NCBI GenBank assembly: GCA_002269645.1
Contig: NIVC01000759.1
Span: 372,001-436,000, forward strand
Origin: Macrostomum lignano
Lineage: Eukaryota
Direction of reading: 5' to 3'
DNA length: 64,000 bases
Below the pieces are notes generated by a model, which worked only from the letters and a program-made list of their open reading frames with translations, did not search any database and was not told the origin of the DNA. Shown in pieces: positions 62,032 through 64,000 of this stretch. Positions within the stretch are counted from its first letter, which is position 1. Each line of letters starts with the position of its first letter. The position numbers and the translations under genes were made by a program.

Positions 62032-62143
62032 GTCTGTCTGTCTTTCTGTCTGTGTCTGTCTGTCTGTCTGTCTGTGTCTGTCTGTCTGTCTGTCTTTCTG
62101 TCTGTGTCTCTGTCTTTCTGTCTGTGTCTCTGTCTTTCTGTCT

Positions 62144-62180
<37 letters not shown>

Positions 62181-62215
62181 GTCTGTCTGTCTTTCTGTCT
62201 TCTGTCTGTCTTCTA
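61722..62215. repeat. (CTGT)n-based microsatellite
   Basis: Directly visible. Confidence 0.96.
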
Positions 62216-63750
62216 TCCAACACATGTATACAGCTTCCTATACAGACTTGAATATTCATGCTTTCTACTCTGCCTGCATATCGGCAGTGCAGGCAGCCAG
62301 TACTCATTTATCAAGCAATCAGTAACAGTGAGATAATTATCCATATCAGCGGCTATTTAAAAAGCCTGTTACGTCATCAAAGTGAAGCTGAATTCCGCTT
62401 CCGCCCCCTTGCAGCGCCAGCAGCTGCACAATCGATATGGGCCTCTGAAATATTTTAAAATATATGTTATTGTTCTTCTTCTAGTCTCTCACTTCTAAGG
62501 CTCTTGTTCTACTTCAAATATCAATGTGAGAGCCAAATAACTGAGGCGGCGGATTCAACTGACTTTTCCTGATGATGCAAACACTTGATGGTAACTTACA
62601 GACCGTTGTATTTGATGGTCACAATCTCGAGATGTTTTCTCACAAAATATAATGTCTAAGGTGGAATTCCAAATAAGAAGCTCGTTCGATTTAAGTCACA
62701 AGGTGTTTCTAGTTGTTCGGGTGAACCGAAGGTTCAGTCTATTGTGAAACGTGGATTGAGTGTTGGTTTGGCTTTAGTAAGTCGACTTATAAGTTTTGGT
62801 GTTTGGGTTGAGACCCTAACTGTGTCAATCAAAATAGTCAAACGAGGTAAGCTAGGAGAATGGCGAAGGAGAGGCAAGGGCGAGGAGAGGCGGAGCGAGC
62901 AAAAGGCGAGCTTCTTGCTTGGTTAACATGAGCTTTTATAGTACTTTTCAGTCTTGATCGCATTGGATGGTACATAACTGCTTTTCATTGGTTGAGGTTG
63001 GGGTCGTGTCCTCAGCTTTTGCTATTTGGAGCGCATTCATTGGTTAAAATACATTCAATCTGGATGGGAGCTTTCTAGAGCCAAAATGTATCACTTCATT
63101 CGCTCTATTTTTCGGGGAAGCGAGGCCCTCCGAGCGCATAAAAACAGAAAAGGTATAGTAGGGGGTTAAAATTGATAAAATTGCAGAAAAGGATAACGTA
63201 TTGTATTAAACGAGAAAAGTTGTTGCAGAAAAAAATAGTGCGCAGTGGATAATGTTAGCAAAAATGTTTGAGTAAAAGGGAACCAATTTAAGCAAGGTAA
63301 CATAGGTTAAAGTACAACATCAGTCTAAATAGCAAAAGAAGGGATAGCGCAGCGCAGAGGGCCTTTAGTTAGGCGAAACTAAACTAGTTAAGCAAGGATG
63401 GAATAAAACGTAGCGAGGGTTAACCAAAAAAATCGATAAAATAGGTGTACAGAGCAAAACGGGGGTTTAGCGACACAAGCTTAAAATGAAAACGCGTTGA
63501 GTTAGAAGTAAGGTAATAAAAATCGTTACACAGTGAAAGTTGGGGTGGTTGTAGCAAGGAGCCGCGCAGTTAATAAATCATATGTACAAGCTATGAGGTT
63601 TAAATCTTTTAAATAGGGAGCATGAAATAGTGAGAATTCCAGGAAAAATTGTACAGTCAAAAGGGTATATAACGCGAAACTTAAAACGGAGCAAAGGGTT
63701 AGGCGATTTGTCTTTTTTAAACTGACTGTTAATAATTGAGTGTTAATAAT

Positions 63751-64000
63751 CAATTGAGTTCCATTTGAGTTGCAAACATCATGAGCACGGTGAAGAATTT
63801 ACGATTCTTGCTCGGCGATCTTGCTAGGCGGTCCCAAGATGATTGGGATTTGGGCGATAGGCGGTGGGCGATCACGCTCGTCCTTCTCGCTGTGCTAGGA
63901 GTGCTGGTGCTGCTGCTGCTGCTGTGGCAGTGCTCGGCCTGCTGCCGGTGCTGCTGTTGCTGTCGGCGTAGTTGTTGTCGGTCGGGCGCGCCTGAGGCAT
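63751..64000 (-). CDS. Possible C-terminal end of an ORF entering from outside the window (low complexity)
   Basis: One minus frame stays open from the edge to TGA at 63751 (ASGAPDRQQLRRQQQQH...MELN); no recognisable motif. Confidence 0.25.

Noticed and set aside
61692-62336. (TDRQ)n and (SVCL)n ORFs
   Set aside because: They are (CTGT)n microsatellite translations.
62500-63750. Possible 3' LTR/UTR of a minus-strand retroelement (TATAAAAG near 62940)
   Set aside because: There is no second LTR, clear PPT, TSD or recognisable domain in the window.

Overview
This is eukaryotic (invertebrate metazoan) DNA: GC-rich spliced exons, with introns and spacers filled by mini- and microsatellites. The style resembles free-living flatworms such as Macrostomum, but that is inference only. 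From left to right it holds: (1) one arm of a probable Polinton/Maverick-like element, with an open protein-primed PolB ORF that runs off the window edge (absent from the ORF track) and two intronless repeat-rich ORFs; (2) a decayed maT/mariner transposase; (3) a 4,060-bp Gypsy LTR retrotransposon with identical 190-bp LTRs, a CAATG target duplication, PBS and PPT, but broken gag-pol; (4) three Penelope-like (RT + GIY-YIG) elements embedded in microsatellites, each with a minimal hammerhead-ribozyme motif at its 3' end; (5) two paralogous minus-strand genes sharing one ankyrin-repeat module, spliced either to an intact caspase or to an intact Ser/Thr kinase; (6) a 12-exon laminin alpha (LAMA1/2-type) gene of about 3,265 aa with two apparent 1-bp frameshifts; (7) a TIR element, a CpG-depleted tract and the first exons of a divergent secreted or receptor-like gene. 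The most interesting signal is (5). The caspase-linked copy has eight near-identical 213-bp ankyrin units that vary almost only at the target-binding (DARPin-randomised) positions, which suggests a modular sensor-effector system, possibly innate-immune or cell-death related. All translations and splice models were derived by hand.
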